Assembly: GCA_012295275.1 (NCBI GenBank)
Contig: CM022671.1
Coordinates: 10,850,001-10,914,000 of the forward strand
DNA length: 64,000 nucleotides
Direction of reading: 5' to 3'
From: Chrysomallon squamiferum
Lineage: Eukaryota > Animalia > Mollusca
A program made the translations under genes and the position numbers. The notes under the pieces are model-generated. The model saw nothing but the letters and a program-made list of their open reading frames with translations, did no database searches and was not told the DNA's origin. Each line of letters begins with the position of its first letter. The stretch's first letter is position 1. Positions 12,040-24,805 of the stretch are shown here, one piece after another.

Positions 12040-14377
12040 ACTACTAATAATAATAAATAAATAAATGTATTATTATAATCATTATTTTAATTTTATAATT
12101 GTTATTATTGATGATAAACATTTGATGCTGTTGAAGGGTTTCTGTTCTACAAATAATGATCTTTGATAAGTTAAATATGAATCTTTTATAAACTTCTGTA
12201 TATCATATATTTTTGTTTATTTATTTATTTATTTTTTATTTATTTATGTGGGGTTTTTTTTTTTTTTGTTTTTTTTGTTATTCCTTGTATATCTGTGGTT
12301 AGTTAAAATCTGGAGAAAAATATTGTTAATGTTATTTTATTGGCAAAGATGTCAATATCAATAATGGTAGCAGTGATTCAGCTGGTGACAGAACATTTAT
12401 TAATGTTTTATATCTGAAATAAATGATGAGCAGAGATTTAAAATAGCGTCAAAATAAAATAATTGTAATAATGACAATTATTTTTATTATTATAAAATTT
12501 TAAAGGCTATTCTGGTCTAAGCAAAGAATTGGTTCTGGACTGTGTAAGCTGATTTTCAAAAGAAAAACCAGTTTTCTAATTTTATTCCATTTTGTTCTCA
12601 AAACAATTTCACACTTTCTGGAATCAGGGAAGATATCACAGATATACTGATGGGAGGCTGGAGGACGATGGATCAAAGCCTCCTTGCAACCCCAAAACAG
12701 CAAATTATCATCAGTCCAAGATCAAATTTAGTTAACTGGGATATTTTTTCCTCTTAAACTGCAGAAGAGAGACGCAAGACATCTTAAGACATCACTATTT
12801 CTTTTTTTTTTTTTTTTAAACTGAATTTTCAAAAATGTTTCTGTATCTGTTTACATTCTTATTGCACTTATTTATATACATAAAACAGTAAAAGACACAA
12901 TTCAGAATAAAGAAAACATTTCCAAAATGTCATGTGTTTAAATGATTAGAAAGAATGTGCACTGTTTAGTTTTTGTTTTAATTACTCCTTTCAGAAACTC
13001 TTACATGCATGTTACAGATAATTAACTTGATACATGATTATTTATAAAGTCCTCAGCATTTGTTTATTATGAATTATGTTTCAGGATTTGTAGTTTGTGT
13101 GTGCAGTCTGTAGGTTACATGACTGGACTTAAAGAAGGTAAAACATATTTTATGATGGGCAATTTTCATCAGCTGAAATTTTTTTCATCCTTTATTTTAT
13201 TGTTTTGAATATAAATTTTATTTTATAAATTAATGGGGTTTTTTTTAATCACTTCTTTTAATTTATATAACTTAATAACTTTTTTTTAAATGATAAATCA
13301 AAATAGTATAAATATCAAATAAATACAAAACATAATAAATTCATTTTTTTTTAATTTTTGTTATTTTGTTTCTGACATTTAGTTCACCGTTAACATTTAT
13401 AGGTATCATTATTGTTTTAGATCCTCAACATGATTTTCACATGAAAAGCCGTGCACACCAAACATCATACTCCACTGCACATGCAGATCTTACAACAGAA
13501 TTTTTGTCCACATTCTGGCTGTCTGATGGAAGTACCCATCAGGATATTTTACAGTCGTACATTTAAACATTTTATAGATTTTTATTGGAAATTTAAAATT
13601 ATTTATTTTTATTTATAGCCAATCCAGTTATGGATCACCATTGTGCCAAACATTTTTTCTCTACCACCCCATTTAATTATTATTATTTTTTATATGGAAT
13701 GGAAAACCCAATATCACTTTCATGCAATTTAACTCTTCCCCTACCTTTCCCCTCCCTCAATTTTAAAATCTGGAGTGAAAAGCCCAGTAGAATCAAACAG
13801 AAATAAAATATGTACCACTGGCATTATTGATGGAGGAAAGAAAAGTTCCCATTGGGTGGGTTACTACAAAATATTAGCACAACCAGTAATGTATACATAA
13901 ATTATATTCATATTCTAAAATAAGAAGACATAAATAAATTTAAAAACAGCAAACATTTTTTATTATATAAAACATGACAAGTATCAGCAAAAATGGAATA
14001 TGTAACTCTAAGGTCAAACATGATTAACAACTGATTTATACATCAGAAAATAGTTAAAGCTGAAAATCTAAAACATTATCATTACTTAGGCATTTATAAT
14101 AGATGAACCACAGTCTGTGTTTGAGTACATATATATATATATATATATCATGGTGTCAGATGTTTGGTTTTTTTATCTAATGGCAGTTGACCGGTTGATA
14201 ACAAACAGGCAATTAAAAAAATTATAGTTGTCCAGTATTTGTATTTTACTATAGAAAATGAGATTGAATATTTAACAAATGACACTGTGCTTACCAACTT
14301 AGATAAATGAATTTTGATTTAGCTATTTGAAGTTGTAATTTTTAAACTAAGATATCTGTTATTTCCAAAATATTTTT

Positions 14378-15100
14378 GGACTGGTTTGTCCTGTCTTTCT
14401 GTGTTTTAGTCTTTATTTACATATTTAGAACCAAAACCACAAAGGTTACACTATGACAGGGAAAGAAAGCAATTGCTGCAAAACCAGGCTGCAATGGAAA
14501 AGTTGATGTTAAACATGAATTCTTTGATATGTTGGTGAGACTAAAAGTAGGGTTATTTGTGAAAGATATTTCTCAACGTATGGGCATGTCTGAAAGTCAA
14601 TTCTTTAAAATATTTTCAACATGTGTTCATTTATTACAGTTAGAACTGGAAAGTTTGACAATATTTCCATCTTTGCAAGAAGTAAAAGAACATACGCCTA
14701 CACAGTTTAGTAAATATCCAAATACTCATAGTATTACTGACTGCACAGATTCGAGGGAAGAGTCACAGAGTTCTGATTTTTTTTTTTTTTGTTGTTGTTT
14801 TTTTTTTTTTCAATATCAATTTGTTTCATGTCTTTAACACAATCCTTCATTCACGTAACTATTCCTTTTTCTTATTGTTTGGTAATGTTTTCGTTACTCA
14901 TTCAATATAATTTCGTTCACGTCTCAGCGAACAGGGATCATTTGATGAAACACAACTGTGACGTTCTATATAGTCAAACTACAACCAGGAGACAATGTGA
15001 TGGCAGACAGAGGATTTGATATTGCTGATCTGTTGAGTGTGAAAAATTGAACATCCCACCTTTCTGTCAAAGTAAAGACCATCAGTTAACTTGCTATCAA
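14378..15100 (+). pseudogene. Decayed ISL2EU/Harbinger-like (DDE_Tnp_4-type) transposase fragment with an internal insertion/deletion
   Basis: TGLS..SLFTYLEPK; MLVRLKVGLFVKDISQRMGMSES..KIFST; FPSLQEVKEHTPTQFSKYPNTHSITDCT; then at ~14978 LQPGDNVMADRGFDIADLL and LNIPPF. These match the IIDCTE, MADRGF and NIPPF motifs of the family. Confidence 0.85.
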
Positions 15101-15849
15101 GTGTACTTAAATCAGATGTTGGTACTAACAAAACATCCTCCTCATCGTTATCCAGTGTACAGATCGAGCGAGAAAAGAACCAAACTTGTATTCTGTTATA
15201 CAGTGTGTGGCTACTGTTACCAAGTGGGCAGATCATGCAGCAAAGAAACAGTTATTGAGTACATACACAATTCAACAAATATTATTTTCTAGTATGTAGT
15301 TAGATACTGTACAATTAACCACACTTGCAGATTGTTATTTTAATACTTTAAAGGGACATCAAAATGTGAATCTTCAGGAGGAAGTCATATCTGTTATAAT
15401 AGCCTTAGGGGAATATAGTATCTGTAAATAGGTTTTAACATAAGCAATTAATAAACTTTAGTGTATCAAAAAATTTAAATGTCTTTGGTGAACCATAACT
15501 GTTTAGGATTTAAAAAACAAAACAAGAAACAAACAAACAAACAAAATACCACAAATCAGGCAATCTTTTAATATATTTTTATTTTTATATAAATAGTAGA
15601 TGGAACTGGTACAAGACAATTTATCAGGCAAATCAAATCAAGAAATAGATACTTTCTTGATGTGTACCAACTAGCATCTTGAACCTGGAACAAGCCTCAA
15701 ACCTGATAAGGTATGCAGTTTAACCTTTCACTGTGGTATGTTAGTCGTATACCAAGCATACATAGCTACTAACCTGAAGGGAAAATACAAGAGAAAGACT
15801 GACAGACAGTATACTGATAGAACAGCAATTTTAGAGAACAACATGTGTA

Positions 15850-17980
15850 TGTAATGTGACAAAACATCCTAATTCAGATAATGTTATCAAGTCTGCAGAT
15901 AATCTAACAAAGCCACCTGAATTAGATACTTTAACCAAGTGTTCTTATAATCCAACAAAAAGAACCTGGATGATACTATTTTCCAATGTGTAGCTAATCC
16001 AAAAAAACTGTCTGCATCAGATGCTCTTGTGATTGGTGTGCACTATACAATGGAACAACCTAAATCAGATACAGACAGAGTGTGTATATAAACCAACAAA
16101 ACAACGTGAGATAGTGTTAGAACACTGACATCTGACAATATAAGTGGCTCTAGTTTATAGAGAATCTAACAAAAGATGAAACACATACTGATATGCAGTC
16201 ATTAAATAGCTGAAAACAAGAATCTGAATGATATGCTGTTATCACATGTGTAGATGATCTAATAAAACAATAAACATAAATCAGTTATTACTGTGAAGTA
16301 TTAAATAACTTAATAAAACAAACCAAATCATATACTTTATCCAGTTTGTAGACAATCCAAAATAATCTTGAACTAGAAAGTTATCTTGTATGTAGATAAA
16401 CAAACAGATGAACCTGTGCAAGTATATATATATATAGATAGATATAGATATAGATAATCTGTGAAAACAGTCTGAATCAGTCCCTCTTACAAGTTGACAA
16501 TCCAACTAAATTATATTCTGTTAGCAATGGTGTTAACAACCCAGCAAAACAATGAACTTGAATCAGAATTTGTTTCTGTTAAACAGTACATAGATGTTTA
16601 ACAGAAATAAATTATGGATGTTGTCTACAGAACATAGATGCTGATAAAAAACCAAAATTGCATACAGTTAATATGGGCATAGATAAACCATTAAATCAGC
16701 CTAAATCAGATACTTTTGCCGAGATTGTAGAAAAATCTGTGAAAACAACCAAAATTAGATGTTGCTGTGAAGTGTGTAGACAAACCAACAAAACAATCTG
16801 AATGAGATACTGTTATAAAATAAATAATCAACTTAAATGAAATATTTCACTGAATCAGATGTTTGTTGATCTAACAACACGAATCAGAATATATCACTAT
16901 TGTGAGGATAATCTTTAAAAAACCAGCCTAAATCTGATAGTGTTCTAACAGACATAAATCAGATTTTGTTTTCTGATGGTAGATAAGCCAAAGAAACAGT
17001 TAATCTAAATCACATGCTGTCATCCAGGGTACAGAGAATCCTCCTGTCCAAAACAACCTGTGTCAGATAGTGCTGTCCAGTGTGTAGATATTCTAGTAAA
17101 ATAGCTAGAACCAAATACTTTATCAAGTGGGTAGATAATCTATGAAAAACAAAGTGAAGCAGATCTGTTATCAGCTTTAAAATAATCTCACAAAACAGTC
17201 AGATTCACAGCACTAAATCATATACATTTATCAGTGGTGTAGATTACCCAAGAATCTATATGTAGATCATCTATGAAAACCTGTGACCTAATGAAACAGC
17301 CTCAAAGAGACACTGTTAGTTAGTCTGGAGATAATACTGTGAAATAAGCTTAACTGGATAGTGTTATCCAGTTTGTATCAGTCAACATAAACCAGATAGT
17401 GCTATTCAACATGCAGGTAATCTAACAAAACATCTTGAACTGGATACTTTTTATTCAGTGTGTATGCAATCTAAAACAGCCCAACCTAAATCAGATACTA
17501 TTGTCCAGTGTATAGACATTATTATTAATAATAATAATAAATAAATAAATATATAAATAAACCTTCTTAAATCAGATATTGTTGTGCTGATGCAGATAAT
17601 CCAACAAAACAATCCATCAAAATTTGCTTACTGTTAGTAGTATTACAAGTGATGTGGATAATCTAGAAAAATCACCTAAAGGTGCTTTTAAAGTGTGTAA
17701 ATAAACTATGAAAAATTAAATCATATACTGGTATCACGTGTGCTGATAATGTAATGAAATAACATAAATCAGACATACATTGAAGTGTATAGATCAATCA
17801 ATATGAGATACTGTTATGTAGGGGGAGATAATCCATTGAAATACTAAACCCGTATAATATATGGTTAACATTGATGGATAAATCAATAATTCAGCCAAAA
17901 TGAGATGGTTTTATTCAGCATTAGACTGTAAAATAAAAACAATCTAAATCTGACATTCCTATGATCTATGTAAAGAATAA
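15850..17980 (-). repeat. Degenerate ~48-bp satellite, opposite orientation to the left arrays
   Basis: Plus-strand consensus CCTGAATCAGATACTGTTATCCAGTGTGTAGATAATCCAACAAAACAA is the reverse complement of the left-array unit. Confidence 0.85.
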
Positions 17981-18310
17981 TAATGATTAATCTAACGAGT
18001 ACACAATCCATCAGTCGGCATCAGCAGGCTGAGTAAGGCTCGTCCAAACACATGGTCTAGTAAACGGCTGGTTCGGTCTAATCATAACTGTTTCTGACTA
18101 GCCCGACTGGCCAAGTCGATAATGTATGAACGGTGAATTAATTTGCTATCCAGTGATCCTGCAAACATTAATATATTCCATTTTTATTTATCAGAGGACT
18201 GACGAATTATTAAACAATGGATGCGGAAATCCCAGCTTCTATAATTAGACGTCACAGTGGGCAGTGAATAATTAAACAACCCCGACTTGGTGCTCACCGC
18301 TGACGGATGT

Positions 18311-18615
18311 GGGGGCCACGTGAGAAACTGAAAATATTATTGTGGGGCCGGGCCAAAAGGCTTAACTCGATTCGGCATAATATTAATTATATTTCTTTAT
18401 AAAAAACAACAACAGTAAATAGCATTGTTTTGTCAAGCTGGTAAGACTGGCAAGAGATCTGTTATGATTAAACAATGGAAAAGTGATATTGCCTTACAAA
18501 ACATTTCATTTGTTCAATTTAATTTCTCAAAACAATGGTAAACAGTTAACACGGGCCGGTCAGAGTCAACAAAAGGACCGTATGAGGCCCGGGGGCCGTA
18601 AAATGCCCAGGTGCG
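18311..18615. mobile_element. Non-autonomous hAT (Charlie-like MITE) remnant
   Basis: GC-rich subterminal motifs GGGGGCCACG, GGGCCGGGCC and GGCCCGGGGGCCGTAAAATGCCCAGG resemble hAT MITE ends. Termini and TSD not cleanly recoverable. Confidence 0.55.
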
Positions 18616-18619
18616 TTTA

Positions 18620-18677
18620 AAATGCCATATAGAGGGTGCGCGTGCTAAATTAATGTCGTAAATACTATCAGTTTTAC

Positions 18678-18720
<43 letters not shown>

Positions 18721-19768
18721 TTATTTTTTATTTTATTATTTATTTTATTTTTTTTTTTTTTTTTTTTTTTTGGTCCAATAAATCAAATAAGGCAATAAAT
18801 GCAAAACATACAAATGTGTACGTCCTTTGAATAAAGATTTTCCGAGTTTTTCAAATATAAGACAGTCGATTCAGTTTTCGAATTGTTTACATGTGGCTGA
18901 GGTCGTAATCGACAGACAAGATGGACCTGCGTAAATACAGGTGTCCATCTGACAAAGATCCGTCAAAAATTGATTTCTCCAAGGAAAGAAAGGGTAAGAC
19001 AGAATCCAAAAATATGAAAAATGGAAAGACGAGTTCTCGTCGCTTGACTACGATGAAGAAAGCGGTACATTGTTCTGCATCCCATGTAGAAAATATCAAA
19101 CTGTAGGGAGATTTGGTCGAGGGTACAAATGATTTTAGAACTGATGCAATAAAAAGCCACTCTGAATCCACGTCGCATACAAAAACTAAACAACATTTTG
19201 ACATCAGTCGTCAGGCGCAGTTTTCACAACGCACATTTGTATCAGATTACAATGCACAACAAGCATTGGATCTGTGGTGGGCACAATCCCATGAATTGAT
19301 GTAGATACAAATATCCATGAGTAGTCAGTGCACAACAGTGACTATTCAAACTGAAAGTCATCACAAACCATCAACCGAAATGTCTATATGGATATTCTGT
19401 GAGAAGTGATATTGCATTGTATGCCATAGGACAGTTTAGCTTATTCCAGTGTAATAAAACTATAAGCGTTAATTTTTAATGTTAAATATTGTTCAGTCAT
19501 GAATAAAATATGAAAAATAAAAAATGTTACAATACGATGTTTTCTGGATTTTTTTCAATGTTCTATTCAAATATAGTTACACTGGTTAATTATTATGTAC
19601 TCTTCAAATAATATGCGATACGAAGCAAAGGTTTACAAAATTATCCCTGCTTAAGGTATATTTTATCATTCAGCAGTTTGGTCTTGTTGATATTAGGTCA
19701 GGTCTTGTAAATTCTTAGACATATTAGTCCATTGTCTTCTAATTAAAATAAATTAACGTCAAACCCTG
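18620..19768 (+). mobile_element. Internally deleted hAT element (ZNF862/TTF-type zinc-finger transposase remnant)
   Basis: Frameshifted KWKDEFSSLDYDEESGTLFCIPCRKY..VEGTNDFRTDAIKSHSESTSH zinc finger joined to a C-terminal-like DYNAQQALDLWW. Right end ...TTAACGTCAAACCCTG (CAGGG-type TIR). Left end degenerate and interrupted by (TTA)n. Confidence 0.7.
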
Positions 19769-19789
19769 TTAAAATACGTTTATCCAAAC

Positions 19790-22700
19790 GAAACCAGAAC
19801 TATGTCGGATACTTTTGTCCAGCGTGCAGGCATCTAAGAAAAAAGAAAAAAAGAAGATAATTAAAAATCATAGAGAAATTTAAAAGAAATTTAGAAATTT
19901 CCCTAAATCAAATATTGTTGTGCTGGGTCTAGAAATGTATAGAAATGCAATAATCCCGCTATTATTAATGACGTGGAATATATAAGTAAATCACTTAAAG
20001 TATATGCTATTACATGTACAGATATCTATGAATATCTTAATAATATATATCATATCGTGTTTGCAAATATTCTAGTGAAACAACCTAAATTAGACATTGC
20101 CACAAAATATACAGATAAATGAAGAAAACAAATAAATAAAATATTATTATCTAGCGGAGAGAAAATTCAACGAAAGAATAAGATTCCGATGTTGTTATTC
20201 AGTTTGTAGAATCCATTGAAATATTCATCCTATATAACATACAGTTAATATGGATAAGATAAACCGTCATTCAGCCAGTATATAGACAACAGAATAGAAA
20301 TTGCTTAAATCAGAACCTATGAACTGTGTAGAGAAATAAAATAAAATAAATAATAATAATAAACTAATTTTTATTTTGTTTAAACCTACGCAGACTAAAT
20401 CAGATACTGTTATATGATGTGCAGTAAAAAGATAATAATAATAAAAAAATAAAAAAATAAAATAAAAAACATAAACAAAGCAACAACAAAAACTAAAAAA
20501 CAAACCAAACAAACCAAATTGTTATCAGTTACGATGTGGTTATCTAAGAAAACTTCCAAATTAGGTACTGTTATACAACGTGGAGAAAATTTATGAAGAC
20601 GAGCTAAATCAGATATTACTATAAATGCGTAGATAAATCAACAAAACAGCCTAAATGAGATACTGTTACCTATCGTAGATATAATCCATGGAACGGACCT
20701 GGAACAGATATTGTTATTCAGTTTGTAGATAATCCAACAAAACAAATAAAATGTGGTTAGTATACAGATGAACCTAGAAAACAAACTAAATCAGTACGTT
20801 GCTAGTCTATGAAAACAACCTGCTGGATATTAGCAGCTTTGTAGACAAACAAAGTAAATGAGACACTGTTATCTGATATGAAGATAACCATCCAATGAAA
20901 TGAAACCATTCAAAGAAACTTGTCAAACTAAATTACAAAAGTTAATATTGTGTAGATATTCAAAATAACCTAAACCAGTGTCATCTGATGTATAGAGATA
21001 TTCGAACAAAGAACCTGAATGATATCCAGTTTACATTTGTAGGTAATTTAACAAAACAGTCATCCTAAATTAGATAAAATGATGTAGTTTGTAGGTAATC
21101 AAACAAGCAACAGATAGTTACTGAATTTTGTACATAATTATACAAAAAACAAAAAAATAAATAAATAAAGTCTAAACAAAATATCCTAATTTAGATATTT
21201 TTATCCAGTGTCAAGGTGATCCAGCACACCAGCCTTAATCAGCTAGTCATATCAATATTTAGATAATCGAATGAAGTAAATGAATGAGATACTTTTATCC
21301 AGTATTTAGACTTGAAAACAATTTTAAATAGTTAGATATAGTGTTTGTATGATTGTGGATAATTACCTGAATCAGATACTGACATCGAGTGTAAATCACT
21401 CAGAACAGTCAACCCAATGCTGTGAAGTTTGTAAATAATCTCACTAAATAACCCGAGATACTGTTACAACATTAGATACTCTAACAAAATTATTATATTA
21501 AACCAAATACTGTTTCCTTGCCTAGCACATAGGTAATACAAGACAACAGTATTAAACAGATAATGCCACCCAGGCTGTAAATAATCCAAGAAAATGATCT
21601 GGTTGAGTAGATCTGTTATCCAACAAATTATACTGAATCAGTTACTGTTATACAATGATAATTATGATGATGACGATGATAATAATAATAACAATAAGAA
21701 GAACAACAAGAACAAACAGACAAACAAAAACCAATCTAAATGAGAAAGTTTTATCCATTGTGTAGTGGAAAAGAAACAAAACTGCTGGAATCAGATACTG
21801 TTATGCAATGTTTAGATAATCCAACAAAAGTCCCTGAATTAGATAATCTATGAAAGCAAATGAAATTAATTATTGCTATGAAAGAATGTAGAAAAACCAA
21901 CAAAACAACCTTAATCAGATAATGTTATATAGCGTGGTTAATCTATGAAAACAACCTGATTACGATACTGTTACCAACTATGCTATTAATCTTAAGAAAA
22001 ACAAAAACAAAACAAGAAAACCTAAATCACATACTGTTTTCACTGGCGTATAATATCTAAGAAAACAACCTAAATTACCCATGCCTGTCAGGTGTGTACA
22101 TATCTAATGAAACAATTAAAGTAAATCAGATAATTCTGTGAAATGTGTACATGAACTAACAAAACAATATGAATGAGATCCTGTTACCAGCCTAAATCAC
22201 CTATTGCTATCATTGCGGACATAATATTATGTACCAGTCAACCTAAATCTATGAAGTGTGAAAATAAACAACAACAATAAAAATTAATTAATTAATGATA
22301 AAATTGTGATTAATATGAATGAAATGAAATGAAACAACTAGATACCATGTGATTAATATGGATGTAGACAAACCAGCATAACAACCTAAATGTGATATTG
22401 TTATCCACGATATGGATATTCCAACACAAGATCCTGAATCAGATAGTTATCAGTGTGTAGATAATCTGCCTAAACAACCTGAATCAGACACTGTTATCCG
22501 TACTGTGTATTATGTAAGAAAGCAACCTAAATTGCTCATTCTTAACAAAATCAGATATTTCTATGACGTATGTAGATAAAGGAATGAGATTTTTATAATC
22601 CAGTGTATAGATAATCCATGGGAAGACCTTGATCAGATATTTATATGTAGATAATCCACTGAAACAATGGGTATAAATATTATAGTTATTATTGTAGATA

Positions 22701-23830
22701 AACCAACAAAACAACTTGTTATCCATTCTGTGAGTAGATAATGTAGGAAAACGTATTGCTAACACATTTGTACATAATCTAATCTAATCCAATCAACCTA
22801 AATACGATACTGAAGTGTATAGATAAACCAGGAAAACAGTGTAAATAAGATATTATTATCTAGTGTGGAGAAAATCCAAAAAAAACAGCTTACTTAAACC
22901 GTACCTCGCTCCGAGACGAGTAAATAAATCAGCAGTCCGAGTGAGATACCACTACAACAAAGTTATCTAACAAAATGATGAACTTAAATCATTTAATATT
23001 AGCCAGTATAGAGACAATCTAAGAAAACAACATGAAACCAATATTATCCACTTTATAGATAATCCAAGAAAATAGCCCGAATCAGATACTATTGTCCCAC
23101 GTGTAGATAATATAATAAAATACCCTAATTCAGAGATTGTTGGTAAGTTTGCAGAAAATCTTACGAAACCAACCAAATCAGATATTGTTATCCAACATGT
23201 GGAAAAAGCAACAAAACAACCTAAATAACACATTAATATAAGAGATAATTTAGTGGTACCACCTGAATCAGATACTGTTATCCAGTTTGTAGATAATCCA
23301 GTGAAATCAGATATTGCTACTAAAACTGTTATCCAGTGTATAGATATTCCAAGAAAAGAATTCAAATCATGTACAGTGTATGGCTGTGGATTTGGATACT
23401 CTTGCTAAGTGTGTAGATAATGCAACAAAGCAATAGATAATTACTGAATGTATACATAACCCAACACATACATCCTGGTGCTGTTTAAAAATGTTAGATA
23501 ATCAATGAAAACAACCCAAATTAGATACTGGTATCAAATGTATAGAAAGTTGAACAAAATAACACGAAACTAATACTGCTATCCCGTGTGCAGATAAACA
23601 AATAATAAAACCTCAATGCGCTGTTATACATAGTGTAGATAATGCAAGAAAAGAATCTAAATGCGATATTCCATATGTGGGTAATCCAACAGACTCTCCT
23701 AATTCAGATATCGTTATCAACTGTGCAGATAATTCAACAAAAGAACCTGAACCAGATGCTGTGTGTCAAGACCTATAATATTCAGTATGTAGATAATGTA
23801 TAAAAACAATCTGAATAGGACAGTTTTAAA
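19790..23830 (-). repeat. Degenerate ~48-bp tandem satellite, main array
   Basis: Unit starts at 22385, 22433 and 22478 give a 45-48-bp period; ORF 22967-23365(-) shows the 16-aa periodicity (consensus LSTxWITVSDSGxFVG). Confidence 0.87.
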
Positions 23831-24052
23831 AAAATAATAATAATGCAGTCTTCAATGAGGTGGATGATCAATGTTAGATATTAATTAACAAGTGAGCAGA
23901 TTGACTAAATATGCAGCAGACGGTATTTTTTCAGTACACAACACTCAATGTTTGTACATGATGTGAAATATCATAATACTTTATGGTATTAGAACATTAG
24001 ACAGGTAGGAGGATGGTGTAAGATTGTTTTGTTAGCTTCTATTTATAAATAT

Positions 24053-24250
<198 letters not shown>

Positions 24251-24805
24251 ATTTACCACCAGATATACATTATCTTTCTACGTCGGTATTGCCATGAATT
24301 TTAGAAGAATTAAAAAATATTTTTCACACACACACACAGGCGCGCGCTCACATGCACACGCACACACAAATAAAAAATGTTAAAGAAATGACTATAAGAG
24401 ACTTATCAGTTGTTGGAAAATTTTATGTGAAAACAATTTCATGACTAAATGTTAGTACATGTACAACAGTACCTGTTTCCTATATCACATTTGTTTAAAC
24501 AATTCAAAAAAGAAGAGAGGATTAATTAAAGATCATCTAGTTTATTTGTAATGAATAGATGTGTCATTGTGTTATTGTGTCCAGTAATCGGTTTTCAGTT
24601 ATTTCTGGTGATGCATTTCCTCTTGTGATTTGCTGCTTTTCGCTTTTCGATGTCAGTTTCCCACTACTAATTTTCCTCGTTTAGGATGGGTTTCCTTTTT
24701 GTTTGTTTCTTTTTGTTGATTTTTTCCACTAATAGGTTATCCATTGCCTTCTTTCAATTTTCTCCACCACTACATGATGTTCTGTGGTTCTTGAATAGAT
24801 TTTAC

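Noticed and set aside
1-23830. CRISPR-like repeat-spacer appearance of the 48-bp core with variable spacers
   Set aside because: Repeats are highly degenerate, spacers are low-complexity T/A runs, the context is eukaryotic and no cas genes are present.
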